Positions 1 to 10,410 are shown, counted from the first letter of the stretch. The stretch: 64,000 nucleotides of DNA from Candidatus Kapaibacterium sp. (GCA_026996895.1 JALWJX010000028.1:678-64677), one strand, 5' to 3'. Notes: generated from the sequence alone by a model not told the origin. Numbers and translations: made by a program.

Positions 1-2187
1 GAACAACTGGAGCAGGAGCGACAACACCTGCTGGAACAAATAGGGGAGTTACGCTCTGAGCTTCGGCACATCGAGGCAGCGCTGGAGTTTCTTCAGAACC
101 TGGCAGTTTCTGCGGAATCTTCCCGATTCCTTCTGGAACATCCCGAATGGGCGCGCCGCTACCATCCTACTTCCTTTGCCGAGCTTCTACAGGTGCCGGC
201 AATGTATGAAGAAGCGTTCAGCTCTTTGCTGGAACCGTACCTCCAGATGGTCGTCGTATCAGATGCAGCGGCAGCAACGGCAGCAATGGCGCTACTACGG
301 TCAGAACAAAAAGGGCGAGCATCTTTGCTGGTTCTGGAGCAGATCCCAGCGCAGCCGGATCCCCCACCACTTCCCGAATTACCCGGCGTCATTGGCTACG
401 CCAGTGAAATCCCAGAAGTCAGCGATCCTCGTCTCCGCTTCGTGCTGCGAGCCCTGCTGGGCACCGCTCTTATCGCGGAAAATGCGGAGGCAGCGCAAGC
501 GCTACTCAGTCAGGGCATTACTCCACTGGTTGCCACGACAGACGGCACCGTGCTTTCCAGCTATGGACTGCACCGCGGAGGAAGCCGTGAGCCGGCACAA
601 ACGGCGTTGTTAGGACGGCAGCAGAAGATCCAAGCGCTCCAGCACCAGCAGAAGCAGCAGCAAGCAGCGCTGGAAGCGGCACAGCAGCAACTGGCACGCA
701 TTGAAAAGGAGCGGCAGCAGATCCGCATCGCCGAGCTTCAGCAGCAACTGCGGACGGCGCAGCAGCAACGCAATCAAATTGAACAGGCAATTGCCCGAAC
801 AGAATCGCAACTATCTGGCATTGAGCGGATGCTGCAACGACTCCACCAGGAACTGGAAGCACTGGAAAGTGATCGCCAGCACGTCCGCCAGCAGACCGAA
901 CGGGACAGCAGTGTTGTGGAACAGGTGCAACGCCGCAAAGCGAAATTAGAGGAAGAACTCGCTGCAGCGCAGCACAACCTCCACCAGTTTGAAGCTGCTG
1001 TTGATCAGGCCCTGCAAAACCTCAAAGCGCTGGAGGCGGCGCTGGTTGACCTCAAAGCGCAGCTCTCTGCTGCGCAACTGCGGAAGGACCAACTGGAACG
1101 GGAACAACAGCAGCAACAGGAACGCCTGGAACACATTGAGGTGCAGAAGCAGAAGATGGATCAGGAACGCCAGCAGCTCATCCTGCAGCGGGAGCAGATA
1201 CAGCAACAGCTTGCGCAGTTGTCCACCCTGGTATCCAGACACCAGCAGGAACTGGAAGAGCAGGAACAGGAGGTTCAAAAACTCCGTGCCCAGCTTCAGA
1301 CAAAAATCCGATCACTGCAAGACGATCAGCACCATCTCCAGACGCTCCAGCAAGAGCTCTACGAACGCCAGCTCCAGTTGCAAACGGTTTCCTCCCGCAT
1401 CGACCGCCTGGAAGAGCAGGCAAAAGAACATTTCGGGGTTTCGGTATTCCAGTTGGAGCAACCTTTGCTAACAGAAGAATCGGACATCGATGTCGAAACC
1501 ATACGGCAGCAGTATCAGGAACTGAAAACGAAACTGGAAAACTTCGGTCCTGTCAACCTTTTAGCCTTCGAAGAGTACAAAAAGGAAAAAGACCGTCTGG
1601 AATTTCTCCACACGCAACTGGCGGATCTGTTAGAAGCAGAAAAAACGCTCAAAACGACGATTCAGGAAATCAATCGAACCGCTGTCAAACAGTTTCAGGA
1701 GGTGTTTGAACAAATCCGCAAACGCTTTCAGGAACTATTCCAGTTGCTTTTCGAACCGGGCGATCAGGCGGATATTCTCTTAGAAGGCGACGACCCGCTG
1801 GAAGCTCGAATTGAAATTACCGCAAAGCCGCGGGGCAAGCGCCCTCACTCGATCGATATGCTTTCTGCCGGGGAAAAAACCCTGACCGCAATCGCCCTGC
1901 TGTTTGCCATCTACTATGTCAAACCCAGCCCGTTCTGCATTCTGGATGAAGTCGACGCTCCCCTGGACGATGCGAATATCGACCGTTTTCTGAACCTGCT
2001 CCGCGACCTCAACGAACACACGCAGTTCATTCTCATCACGCACAACAAAAAAACGATGGAAGCTGCCGATGTGCTTTACGGCATTACGATGGGCGAGGAC
2101 GGCGTATCGACCGTCGTTTCTGTCCGACTGGCGGAAGCTCCAGCACCCGGTGGCAATGGCAGCATAGAAACACCGGCATCACGGTAG
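1..2187 (+). CDS. smc: Chromosome segregation protein SMC, C-terminal approx. 730 aa (5' end outside window)
   Basis: Frame 1 is open from nt 1 (EQLEQERQHLLEQ...) into the 193..2187 ORF. Long Q/E/L-rich coiled-coil arms are followed by the ABC-ATPase signature LSAGEKTLTAIALLFAIY and Walker B ILDEVDAPLD. Stop at 2187. Confidence 0.9.
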   Translation, partial: EQLEQERQHLLEQIGELRSELRHIEAALEFLQNLAVSAESSRFLLEHPEWARRYHPTSFAELLQVPAMYEEAFSSLLEPYLQMVVVSDAAAATAAMALLRSEQKGRASLLVLEQIPAQPDPPPLPELPGVIGYASEIPEVSDPRLRFVLRALLGTALIAENAEAAQALLSQGITPLVATTDGTVLSSYGLHRGGSREPAQTALLGRQQKIQALQHQQKQQQAALEAAQQQLARIEKERQQIRIAELQQQLRTAQQQRNQIEQAIARTESQLSGIERMLQRLHQELEALESDRQHVRQQTERDSSVVEQVQRRKAKLEEELAAAQHNLHQFEAAVDQALQNLKALEAALVDLKAQLSAAQLRKDQLEREQQQQQERLEHIEVQKQKMDQERQQLILQREQIQQQLAQLSTLVSRHQQELEEQEQEVQKLRAQLQTKIRSLQDDQHHLQTLQQELYERQLQLQTVSSRIDRLEEQAKEHFGVSVFQLEQPLLTEESDIDVETIRQQYQELKTKLENFGPVNLLAFEEYKKEKDRLEFLHTQLADLLEAEKTLKTTIQEINRTAVKQFQEVFEQIRKRFQELFQLLFEPGDQADILLEGDDPLEARIEITAKPRGKRPHSIDMLSAGEKTLTAIALLFAIYYVKPSPFCILDEVDAPLDDANIDRFLNLLRDLNEHTQFILITHNKKTMEAADVLYGITMGEDGVSTVVSVRLAEAPAPGGNGSIETPASR

Positions 2188-2304
2188 ATACCGAACCACC
2201 GGACGCGATACTACAGCCAAGGCTATCGATTCCTTCTCTCAAAAATCCGCTATTCCGAACTGGAAAACCCTACCACCTGCATTTGTAGCACCTCCGCTGA
2301 GCGC

Positions 2305-3687
2305 TTATTCCAGCAAAAGCAATCGCGCCCCGCTCTGTCCTTTCCACTGCCACCGGAGCACATAGACACCCGACGGAAGCCAGTGGAGATCGACGGATCG
2401 TTTCCAGCCAGCAGCAGGCAGTTGCCATTGATAATGCGCGACGGCGGCGCCGGTAAGGGTGTAAATCCCAAAATGCAGGGTACTCCCACCCATTTGACTG
2501 CTTCCAACGGTCAACCAGCGCCCGGACAGCCTCAAAGAGAATGGCTCCTCGATGACCGTCTCTGCAACGCTGGTGGGCTCACCCCCAAGGGGCCACAGGA
2601 AAACGTCGCGCCGCACGCCCACTCCGCTTTCAGCCTCACCAGTAGCCACCACTCCCTGTGCCGTCCGGGCAACCGCCAACGCTCGATCGTTGCCATCACC
2701 GGGATTGAGGAGCAGGGAATCCAGGAGCGTTCCATCCACCGCAATCTTCCAGAGTGCAGCGTCATAACCCGTAAATACACTGAACGTCCATCCGGCAACC
2801 CAGAAACTGCCATTAGTGATGGGCGTCATCGCACTGGCGCCGTCCAGATTCGTCGGTGTGCCATACACGTGTGACCAGAGACTATCGCCCTGAGCATTCA
2901 GCTTCATCACCCACATATCCGGTATGCCATTCCGACCAAACGTCACTGCGGTACCAACGATCCAGATATCTCCGTTCGATGATACCGTAACATCATTAAA
3001 CTCATCCGGCATCACCGCTCCAAACGTCCGATACCACTCCAGGGTCCCTTCTTTGTCGATTTTTGCAACAAATGCGCCATTATCCCTCGTCCCAACCACA
3101 ACATACCCGCTGTCCGGCGTTTGGGCAAAGGCGGTGGGAACACCGCCGGGCTGGTCATACACCTGAAACTTTTTCTGCGCCCCTGCAGAATCCAGGGTCA
3201 GCAGGAAAAATTTTGAATTGCCGGGACCGACCTGTTCCCAACTACCGAGAATCACGAAATCGCCATCACTGGTTTGCTGAATATCCACCACCTGATCCAG
3301 CAACGATGAGCCATCCCGATAGCTCCAGATGCGGTTGCCTGCGGCATCGCATTTCCACACAAAGAAATCCCCCGGCATACCAATGCTTCCTGCGCAAAGA
3401 AAACCATCAGCCGTCGCAACAACCACCCGCACCCATCCCGCACTGTCTGACCGATACGTCCAGAGCGTATCTCCCTGGGCATCGGTTCGGATGAGCAGGA
3501 TTTTCCCCAAGAACGTACTGAGTGTATGTGCACCCCCTATGAGAAACCCACCGGCAGGCAGTGCCGCAACAGCATAGCCTGCTTCTGCATCACCAAAATC
3601 ATAGAAACGTGCCGGTTCGTTCTCTTGCGCTGACAGCACCATTGCTCCGACGATGAACACCATCCACAACACCCAATATCGCCGCAT
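2305..3687 (-). CDS. Secreted repeat (beta-propeller-like) protein with T9SS C-terminal sorting domain
   Basis: Start taken at the internal ATG (3685..3687), preceded by AAAAAAGGAGTG and followed by signal peptide MRRYWVLWMVFIVGAMVLSAQE. The ORF-track start at 3840 would add 51 non-signal residues. The C-terminal approx. 70 aa (..GIYTLTGAAVA..LPSGVYVLRWQWKGQSGARLLLLE) resemble a Por_Secre_tail/T9SS CTD. Confidence 0.6.
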   Translation of the reverse strand: MRRYWVLWMVFIVGAMVLSAQENEPARFYDFGDAEAGYAVAALPAGGFLIGGAHTLSTFLGKILLIRTDAQGDTLWTYRSDSAGWVRVVVATADGFLCAGSIGMPGDFFVWKCDAAGNRIWSYRDGSSLLDQVVDIQQTSDGDFVILGSWEQVGPGNSKFFLLTLDSAGAQKKFQVYDQPGGVPTAFAQTPDSGYVVVGTRDNGAFVAKIDKEGTLEWYRTFGAVMPDEFNDVTVSSNGDIWIVGTAVTFGRNGIPDMWVMKLNAQGDSLWSHVYGTPTNLDGASAMTPITNGSFWVAGWTFSVFTGYDAALWKIAVDGTLLDSLLLNPGDGNDRALAVARTAQGVVATGEAESGVGVRRDVFLWPLGGEPTSVAETVIEEPFSLRLSGRWLTVGSSQMGGSTLHFGIYTLTGAAVAHYQWQLPAAGWKRSVDLHWLPSGVYVLRWQWKGQSGARLLLLE

Positions 3688-3853
3688 CGGTGCGCACTCC
3701 TTTTTTGAGACACAAACTCTCTGAGTTATCATCTGACAAGATAAAGACGAACCAGAGTTGCTGGGTTGACCGCTCTCCCTTTTGGAGCCTGCGATCACTG
3801 GAAATAGTGTGACCTCCCGAAAACGTGCTACTCCACGCACCAGTTGTAACAGG

Positions 3854-5344
3854 CTACCAGGCCGCTGGAAGCAATACTCGTTCGATTCGACGATTCGTCC
3901 GCACGATGCACGGATAGACGCCTGGCGGCAAGCTGGTAGTCGGGACAGAAAAGATGGGATTTTGTGGTTGCAGTGACAGCAGCGGTTGCCCCGTCAGTGT
4001 AAAGAGCTGGAAATTGAGCAAACGCTCGCCCGGTTGTAGTCCTGTCACCCGGCATTCGCCAGCGGTATAGGTGACTGCCAGTGGGGACATTTCCTGCGAC
4101 ACGGCTGGAACGGCGCTGAGAATGAGCGGGAACAGCGCCCCATTCCGTCGGATACCATTGAGCTTGAGAAACTGATAGTGGAAAGGAGGAGGATCAGCGC
4201 TTTTCGGTCGCACTTTCAGATAGGCAAGAACTCCCTCGATGGGAACCTCAGGATCGGGATAGAGATTGCCGGCAGCAATATCGCAGTACGCTTTATCCGC
4301 AAAAATTCGAGCAAAAAATCCCTTCGTTGGCGGAAAGATATTCCCTCGCAGAATGCCGACCACTTCATAATCCTGCCGCACCTGCTCCCACGACACCCGC
4401 GCTGCAACCCCCATTGCCATCACGCCCGTGTGTAACTCGATGGGCACCAGTTGCACATCTTCACCTTCCACCTGTGGATCTGATTCCGGCACCTGCCATT
4501 CTGCCGTAGGTGCTACTGGGGTTGTTTTGGAGTGTGTCTTCGAGAAATTAGCATAGATCACCAGCACATCGTTAATATCAATGCGTCCGCTGCCATCGCA
4601 GTCAGCATAGGTTACCCGCACACTATCCCACGCCAGCGCAGGCTGGGCTGCCCAGATGGTGCTGGCTGGCTTCCGTGGATATCCGGTGATTCGACTGCCG
4701 GGACCACCTTCATCGTAAAACAGGGCGATAATCGTTCCATCGCGGCTATCGACAATCCCATCATTATTGGCATCGCCGGGCCAAACATCGACATAGCTGT
4801 GAACGTTGAAAATCGTGGGCGTGCCGGAAAGCCGGACAACGGTACCACCATTGGCAGCCACAACCGCTTCTGCATTCCGGAAATTGAAAACAATGTTCGC
4901 ATTGTGAATGGCATCAGGAGGAACGATGAAATCGAGCTGCACAACCGCCGGATCAATCAATCCCCCGGCGTTGGGCGGCGTTCCCAGCATTGCAATGACC
5001 GTAACACTGCCAATCCCCGTAACGTAGTTGGAATTGTCCACAACCACGACATTACTGGCAGGAAAATCCAGTGCCGTCCAACTACCGGCAAACCGCACGT
5101 TACGCGCATCAGTGAACTGGAGCTCGAAGGAAACAGCGCTACAATCATTCACCCCTGCCACATTGATCTCTACGGTAAAGGTCTTTGTTGCCGTCACAAA
5201 GTGATCCTTCTCCGGCACCACGCCAACGCGCGACAGAGTAATCGTTTGCGCCAGCAATAGCGGTGTCGCTATTATCCACCACCCCAGTATACACTGCCAT
5301 ATCCGCATTGGACACTCTGCTCCTTTTGTTGCATTACCTTGCAC
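3854..5344 (-). CDS. Secreted protein with two dockerin-like Ca-binding repeats and a T9SS-type C-terminal domain
   Basis: N-terminal signal peptide (MRIWQCILGWWIIATPLLLAQT). DANNDGIVDSRDGTIIALFY and DCDGSGRIDINDVLVIY match the dockerin type I DxNxDGxIDxxD pattern. The C-terminal beta-rich tail (..FTLTGQPLLSLQ..LPPGVYPCIV..) is T9SS-like. Confidence 0.55.
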   Translation of the reverse strand: MQGNATKGAECPMRIWQCILGWWIIATPLLLAQTITLSRVGVVPEKDHFVTATKTFTVEINVAGVNDCSAVSFELQFTDARNVRFAGSWTALDFPASNVVVVDNSNYVTGIGSVTVIAMLGTPPNAGGLIDPAVVQLDFIVPPDAIHNANIVFNFRNAEAVVAANGGTVVRLSGTPTIFNVHSYVDVWPGDANNDGIVDSRDGTIIALFYDEGGPGSRITGYPRKPASTIWAAQPALAWDSVRVTYADCDGSGRIDINDVLVIYANFSKTHSKTTPVAPTAEWQVPESDPQVEGEDVQLVPIELHTGVMAMGVAARVSWEQVRQDYEVVGILRGNIFPPTKGFFARIFADKAYCDIAAGNLYPDPEVPIEGVLAYLKVRPKSADPPPFHYQFLKLNGIRRNGALFPLILSAVPAVSQEMSPLAVTYTAGECRVTGLQPGERLLNFQLFTLTGQPLLSLQPQNPIFSVPTTSLPPGVYPCIVRTNRRIERVLLPAAW

Positions 5345-5356
5345 GCCTGCAAAGCG

Positions 5357-5941
5357 TTATGCTTTGCGATGGTGATCTTTATGCAATAACCGTTCCGGGG
5401 CTAAGTGGTGGAGAATAGCATCCAATACGCCATTGACAAAACTGGTGCTCTTTGCAGTGGAGAATTTTTTCGCCAGTTCAACTGCTTCGTTGATCGTGAC
5501 TTCCATCGGAATATCCGGGAAAGCCAGAAACTCCGTAATTCCCATTTTTAAAATCACCCGATCAACAGGAGTCAACCGTTCGTAAGTCCAATTTTCAGCA
5601 AATTGCTCAATCAGTTTCACTACCTGATCGCTGCGCTGCACGTACTCTTCAACAAACTGGCGCGCAAATTGGAGCTCTGCGTCGCTCCACTGAATCCGAA
5701 TATCCGAATCCAGTGCCTCAATTTCTTCAGGGCGCAGGGGACGTCCCGAAGCAGGTGTTGGCGTTTCCATCCGAAAGTTAAAGGGGAACACATAGGGAAA
5801 CAATTGTCGCGGGTCAGTTTGAGAGATCTCTGCGGCGAAAAATACCTGCAACAATTTCTCCCGCGCTAAGGTCCGCGATCCGGGAATAACAGAAGGGGTA
5901 ATAGAAGCCTTGCGGGATGCCATATTCGTTCTGGAAAACAC
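5357..5941 (-). CDS. nusB: Transcription antitermination factor NusB (possible shorter start at 5923)
   Basis: The NusB core AREKLLQVFFAAEISQ ... LTPVDRVILKMGITEFLAFPDIPMEVTINEAVELAKKFSTAKSTSFVNGVLDAI is recognisable. It lies immediately downstream of ldh on the same strand. Confidence 0.8.
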   Translation of the reverse strand: MFSRTNMASRKASITPSVIPGSRTLAREKLLQVFFAAEISQTDPRQLFPYVFPFNFRMETPTPASGRPLRPEEIEALDSDIRIQWSDAELQFARQFVEEYVQRSDQVVKLIEQFAENWTYERLTPVDRVILKMGITEFLAFPDIPMEVTINEAVELAKKFSTAKSTSFVNGVLDAILHHLAPERLLHKDHHRKA

Positions 5942-5949
5942 CTGTCTGG

Positions 5950-7038
5950 TTATACTCTATGAATCCGCGGATGCCCGGTATAATGCCGATGAATTCGGGC
6001 AACCTTTGCAATGCGCTCTTCTGCCAGCCGGTTAGCTGCTTGCAACGGCAGCATATTTTCAGCCTCAGCTTTCTGGTAAATGTTGAGCAGCGTGTTATAA
6101 ATCGTTTCAACTCGCCGCAATGCCCGCTCCTTGTTGTATCCTTCCAGCTCTGTAGCGACGTTAATTAACCCACCAGCGTTAATGACGTAATCAGGGGCGT
6201 ATAAAATGTCCCGTTCTGCCAGCAACTGAGAATCTCGATCTTCATCTTCCAGTTGATTATTTGCGGCACCAGCCACAATGGAACACTTCAATCGCGGAAT
6301 GGTTCGTGGATTGATCACTCCCCCTAAGGCAGCCGGGCAAAAAATATCGCACTCGACATCATAGATTGCCTCAGGATCCACGTAAATAGCGCCTGTAGCA
6401 TCGCACACTTTTTCTGCCTTTTCTCGATAAATATCGGTGATGTACACCTTCGCTCCTTCTTTGGTCAGGTATTCCGCCAGATGGGAAGCAACGTGTCCGG
6501 CACCCTGAATGGCAATAGTGCGATTGGAGAGGGAATCGGATCCGAACTTATACTTTGTCGATGCTTTCATTCCGTGATACACACCGTAAGCAGTAAACGG
6601 AGAGGGATCACCACTGCCACCCGGACCCAGGACACCGGTAACGTACTGGGTTTCCATCCGAATCCACTCCATATCGTAGACGGAAGTCCCAACATCTTCA
6701 GCGGTAATATAATGCCCACCTAATGCTTCCACAAATCGGCCGTAAGCACGAAACAGAATCTCGTTTTTGTCCTTGTTTGGATCGCCGATGATCACTGCCT
6801 TCCCACCTCCCAGGTTCAAGCCGGCTGCTGCTGCCTTGTATGTCATTGCCCGGGAGAGGCGCAACACATCGCGCAAAGCATCTGCCGTCGATTGATAATT
6901 CCACATCCGCGTGCCGCCAAGCGCTGGGCCCAAGGTTGTATCGTGAATTGCGATGATGGCTTTCAACCCGATTTCCCGGTCCTGGCAGAAAACCACCTGT
7001 TCGTGATCCTGTTCCGCTAACAATTCAAACATTTTCAT
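5950..7038 (-). CDS. Leucine dehydrogenase (Glu/Leu/Phe/Val dehydrogenase family)
   Basis: 363 aa from MKMFELLAEQDHEQVV. Motifs present are the GGxK box (LNLGGGKAVIIGDP) and the Rossmann region GAGHVASHLAEYL. RBS GAAAGGGGA precedes the ATG at 7036..7038. The ORF-track start at 7173 would add 45 non-conserved residues. Confidence 0.85.
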   Translation of the reverse strand: MKMFELLAEQDHEQVVFCQDREIGLKAIIAIHDTTLGPALGGTRMWNYQSTADALRDVLRLSRAMTYKAAAAGLNLGGGKAVIIGDPNKDKNEILFRAYGRFVEALGGHYITAEDVGTSVYDMEWIRMETQYVTGVLGPGGSGDPSPFTAYGVYHGMKASTKYKFGSDSLSNRTIAIQGAGHVASHLAEYLTKEGAKVYITDIYREKAEKVCDATGAIYVDPEAIYDVECDIFCPAALGGVINPRTIPRLKCSIVAGAANNQLEDEDRDSQLLAERDILYAPDYVINAGGLINVATELEGYNKERALRRVETIYNTLLNIYQKAEAENMLPLQAANRLAEERIAKVARIHRHYTGHPRIHRV

Positions 7039-7092
7039 AGCAGTCCCCTTTCTTACCTTGTCCTCTCGCCTCTTTACAAACACTACAGAACG

Positions 7093-7145
7093 ACAAAAAT
7101 ACAAAAAAACGCCGGAATAATGAGGCGAACGCAACCCAGCCGGCG
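7093..7145 (-). terminator. Intrinsic-terminator-like hairpin (CGCCGG/CCGGCG stem plus U7) in the ldh 5' leader; possible attenuator
   Basis: On the minus strand it reads GCCGCCGGC-(23 nt loop)-CCGGCG followed by UUUUUUUGUAUUUUUG, about 60 nt upstream of the ldh ATG. No minus-strand gene lies upstream that it could terminate. Confidence 0.35.
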
Positions 7146-7238
7146 GCAAGAGTCGATCCCTTTGCACGTTCAATCAAAGCCCGCTTCCGCACGTCCTTCA
7201 GCCTGCAGTGATGGTCTCTGGATGTAAGGACGAAGATA

Positions 7239-8177
7239 ATGCCGAACCGGATTTCCCGACGGCGGTTTCTCAAACTGGCTACCCTGAGTACGGGTGCCGC
7301 GGCGCTCCGTCCCTTCTACGATCGCACCGTTACGGCTTATAGCTGCGTTCCTCCGCCACATTCCCCTGCTATTGAGCAATGGACTTCGGATACTATTGCT
7401 CTGGCGTGGATTGGGCACTCAACGATCCTTATGCGCTTTTTCGACCGATGGATCTTAACCGATCCGCTCCTGTTCGACCGTATCGGCATCGACGTTTTCG
7501 GTCTTGTTACCCTGGGTCCCCAACGAATCTTCGCTCCTGCCCTTGCACTGGAACAACTGCCCAAGCCCGATCTTGTACTTCTGTCCCACGCTCATATGGA
7601 TCACATGGACACTGCATCACTCCGAGCGCTTACCGAGCGCTTTCCCAAACAGTTAACCGCCATTACTGCCGCTCACACGGCGGATATTATTGAATCTTTT
7701 TCCTGGCGACAACTGATAGAATTAGACTGGGGCGAGCAATGCCGGCTTGCAGGCTTAACGGTGGAAGCACTACCGGTCAGACATTTTGGATGGCGCTTCC
7801 CGTGGGAACGCGATCGCTCCCGCGGTGCTCGCAACGGTCGCAGCTACAATGCCTACCTGCTGGCGTACCGTAACCGAACGATCGTTTTCGGTGGTGATAC
7901 AGCTTTCACTGATACCTTTACCCGGTTCTCGAACGTCGACATTGCCCTTCTTCCCATCGGAGCATATAAGCCGTGGCGCCACGCCCATTGTACGCCGGAA
8001 GAAGCGATTGCAATGGCACAAATGATGGGAGCATCCATCGTTGCTCCGATGCATTGTACCACGTTCCTCCACGGGCGCGAACCATTCTGGGAACCACCGA
8101 AACGATTCCTGACGGCTATTCGCCGAACACCATTGACTCCGGCGTGGATTACCGTGGGACAAAGTTTCGTGCTGTAA
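7239..8177 (+). CDS. MBL-fold metallo-hydrolase with Tat-type signal
   Basis: N-terminal RRRFLKLATLSTGAAA twin-arginine signal. Metallo-beta-lactamase motif LSHAHMDHMD plus downstream conserved His/Asp residues. Confidence 0.75.
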   Translation: MPNRISRRRFLKLATLSTGAAALRPFYDRTVTAYSCVPPPHSPAIEQWTSDTIALAWIGHSTILMRFFDRWILTDPLLFDRIGIDVFGLVTLGPQRIFAPALALEQLPKPDLVLLSHAHMDHMDTASLRALTERFPKQLTAITAAHTADIIESFSWRQLIELDWGEQCRLAGLTVEALPVRHFGWRFPWERDRSRGARNGRSYNAYLLAYRNRTIVFGGDTAFTDTFTRFSNVDIALLPIGAYKPWRHAHCTPEEAIAMAQMMGASIVAPMHCTTFLHGREPFWEPPKRFLTAIRRTPLTPAWITVGQSFVL

Positions 8178-8212
8178 GCACTGCTGCGTTCCCTCAAGTG
8201 TGGATAACCGTA

Positions 8213-8276
8213 ACACAGAAAATTCTGTGTGCTATATCACCGTATCCCATTATCGACCCAAAAGTTGCAAATTTGC
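8213..8276 (+). promoter_or_regulatory. Two perfect palindromes upstream of the chemoreceptor gene (ACACAGAA-AA-TTCTGTGT and GCAAATTTGC)
   Basis: 8213..8230 is an 8-2-8 perfect palindrome and 8267..8276 is a 10-nt perfect palindrome. They lie 35-100 nt upstream of the MCP start, and no U-tract follows either, so they look like operators rather than terminators. Confidence 0.3.
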
Positions 8277-8310
8277 GGAGCGGGAAAGTTGAACAGGGCA
8301 AAGTAGCATA

Positions 8311-10410
8311 ATGATACGCCGAAACGTATGGATTACAAGCGGAGTATTGTGGATTCTGAGCTGTATCGCAGCAGGTGCTCTTAGTGGTTCTTTTGCATGG
8401 GAAATCTTCCTTATCGGCATTCTGCTTCTTGGTGCCGCTATCTACCTTGCACACCAACTGCCGCCTCTGGTATATGCCATACTGAATCTCGCTGCTACCG
8501 CCGCTTTGTATTTTGGCTTCCATACTCCCGCGGTAGCAGCGATCTATGCCCTTTGCCACCTGATCACTCTGAGTTTGCTGCAGGATATGCCCGGATTTGT
8601 CGTTTTTAGTGGGGCAGGAACACTGGCTCTCCTTAGCAGTCTGTGGCTGGATACTGGCTTCGCCACTGCTTACTTCTGGCTTGGACTTGCCAGTTGGATT
8701 CTGGTCAGTCTGCTGACCGGTTGGACGCTATGGCAGCTCCGCTCTGCAGAGCAGCAGCGGGATCAGTGGCAACAGCAGGCGCAGCAGCGGCAGCAGCAAC
8801 TGGAAAAACTCCAGCAGCAGATAGCCGATCTGCAACAACAAATCGTGGCAACGCAGCAACAGGCGGTGCAAGAACAGCAACGACTGGAAAACCGATGCAA
8901 GCAGGTTTCTGAAGGACTCCGGATATGTCGCCAGGCAATGGAGCAACTGGCAGTGTATAAGCTGGGATTCCACCTGCCAGAAACCGGTGAACCAGTTGTT
9001 GATCAGGTCGTTGAGGCACTCAAAACAGCAGAAAAAAATTTGAGTATGATACTGCTCTACTACCAGAGTCTTTCCTCTAACCTGGCACAGTCAGCAGATG
9101 TCATTGCCGAACATGCCAAAACCGTTCAGAAGTTCCTTAAGGAGCAAACAACGCAGGTCACCGGCCTGGCTTCAGCCGTTGAAGAACTAAGCAGTACGGC
9201 TGAGGCTGTCGCACGGACAGTGGCGGCGACCGCAGAAACGTCGGAGCAGACGGCTCGGCAGGCAGAGGAAGGGCAACAAGCCATTGCGCAAACGATCGGT
9301 GAAATGAAAGCGATTATTGAACTGGTCCAGCAAACGACCAGGTCTGTCGAAGCGCTCAGTGAATCCTCTGCTCAGATTAATGCCATTGTGCAGATGATTG
9401 AGGAAATTGCAGAGCAAATTAACCTGCTGGCTCTCAATGCCGCCATTGAAGCCGCCCGGGCTGGCAACGCCGGACGGGGTTTTGCTGTTGTTGCAGATGA
9501 GGTTCGCCGTTTAGCCGAACGAACGCAGGAAGCGACCCGCGAAATTGCCACGATGATCGATCGGGTTCACTCTCAAACGCAGGAAACGGTAACAATTGTC
9601 AATGAGAGCAACAAAAAGGCAGAAGTAGGAATCGAATTAGCAGAGGAAGCTGGCGAAGCACTGGAAAAAATCGTTCGGGGCATCGCAACTGTCAGCGATC
9701 AGGTATCTCAGATTGCCACAGCAGTCCAGCAGCAAGCCAGTACAACGGCAGCAATGAGCCGCAACATTGGAGAACTCCGAGAACGGTTTAGCAATATTGA
9801 GCAGAGTGTTGCTGAAGTTACCAGCGAACAAGAGAACTTAGCTCGAGAAACGAAAAATCTTCAGGAAATCGCCTTTGAATTTGACGTTGGTCAGGAACGG
9901 CGGCAATTCATTGAGATCACGCGGCAGCGGGCACAGCAATTTGCCCGGGAATGCGCCCGAATTCTGGAAGAAGGGATCCAGAAAGGCATTATATCCGAAG
10001 AAGATCTGTTCGACCGCACGTACGAACCGATCCCAAACACCAACCCCCAGAAGTACCACACTAAATTCGACTGGTTCACTGACAAACACATTCAGGACGT
10101 GGAAGAAAAATACCTGGCGATGGATAAGCGGTACCGCTTCGCTATTCTGGTGGATGATAATGGTTACGTCCCCAGTCACAATCTCATCTATTCCCAGCCG
10201 CTAACAGGAGATTATGAAACCGACCTGGTGCGTAATCGTACCAAACGGATCTTCAACGATCCGACGGGAATCCGGGCTGCACGCAATACCAACCCCTATT
10301 TGCTCCAGACATACCGCCGCGATACGGGTGAATTTATGAACGACCTTTCCGTTCCCGTCTATGTCCGTGGCAAGCATTGGGGAGCAGTACGAATTGGTTT
10401 TGTGTTCTAA
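8311..10410 (+). CDS. Methyl-accepting chemotaxis protein with multi-TM N-terminus and unusual C-terminal Cache/PAS-like domain
   Basis: About 4 N-terminal TM helices, a Q-rich coiled coil and the canonical MCP signalling domain ([38 protein letters not shown]). A C-terminal approx. 170 aa domain then has Cache-like strands ([13 protein letters not shown] ... [16 protein letters not shown]). Confidence 0.8.
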   Translation: MIRRNVWITSGVLWILSCIAAGALSGSFAWEIFLIGILLLGAAIYLAHQLPPLVYAILNLAATAALYFGFHTPAVAAIYALCHLITLSLLQDMPGFVVFSGAGTLALLSSLWLDTGFATAYFWLGLASWILVSLLTGWTLWQLRSAEQQRDQWQQQAQQRQQQLEKLQQQIADLQQQIVATQQQAVQEQQRLENRCKQVSEGLRICRQAMEQLAVYKLGFHLPETGEPVVDQVVEALKTAEKNLSMILLYYQSLSSNLAQSADVIAEHAKTVQKFLKEQTTQVTGLASAVEELSSTAEAVARTVAATAETSEQTARQAEEGQQAIAQTIGEMKAIIELVQQTTRSVEALSESSAQINAIVQMIEEIAEQINLLALNAAIEAARAGNAGRGFAVVADEVRRLAERTQEATREIATMIDRVHSQTQETVTIVNESNKKAEVGIELAEEAGEALEKIVRGIATVSDQVSQIATAVQQQASTTAAMSRNIGELRERFSNIEQSVAEVTSEQENLARETKNLQEIAFEFDVGQERRQFIEITRQRAQQFARECARILEEGIQKGIISEEDLFDRTYEPIPNTNPQKYHTKFDWFTDKHIQDVEEKYLAMDKRYRFAILVDDNGYVPSHNLIYSQPLTGDYETDLVRNRTKRIFNDPTGIRAARNTNPYLLQTYRRDTGEFMNDLSVPVYVRGKHWGAVRIGFVF

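Noticed and set aside
600-1400. Highly repetitive CAGCAG/CAACAG-rich DNA, also at 8740..8900 and 27500..28380, that looks like tandem or CRISPR-like repeats
   Set aside because: The repeats are in frame and encode Q/E/L-rich coiled coils of SMC, the MCP and the zapA-linked protein. There is no spacer-repeat periodicity.
7039-7238. T-box or other known riboswitch in the ldh leader
   Set aside because: No T-box consensus (AATTAGGGTGGTACCGCG) or other recognisable riboswitch core was found, only a hairpin plus U-tract.
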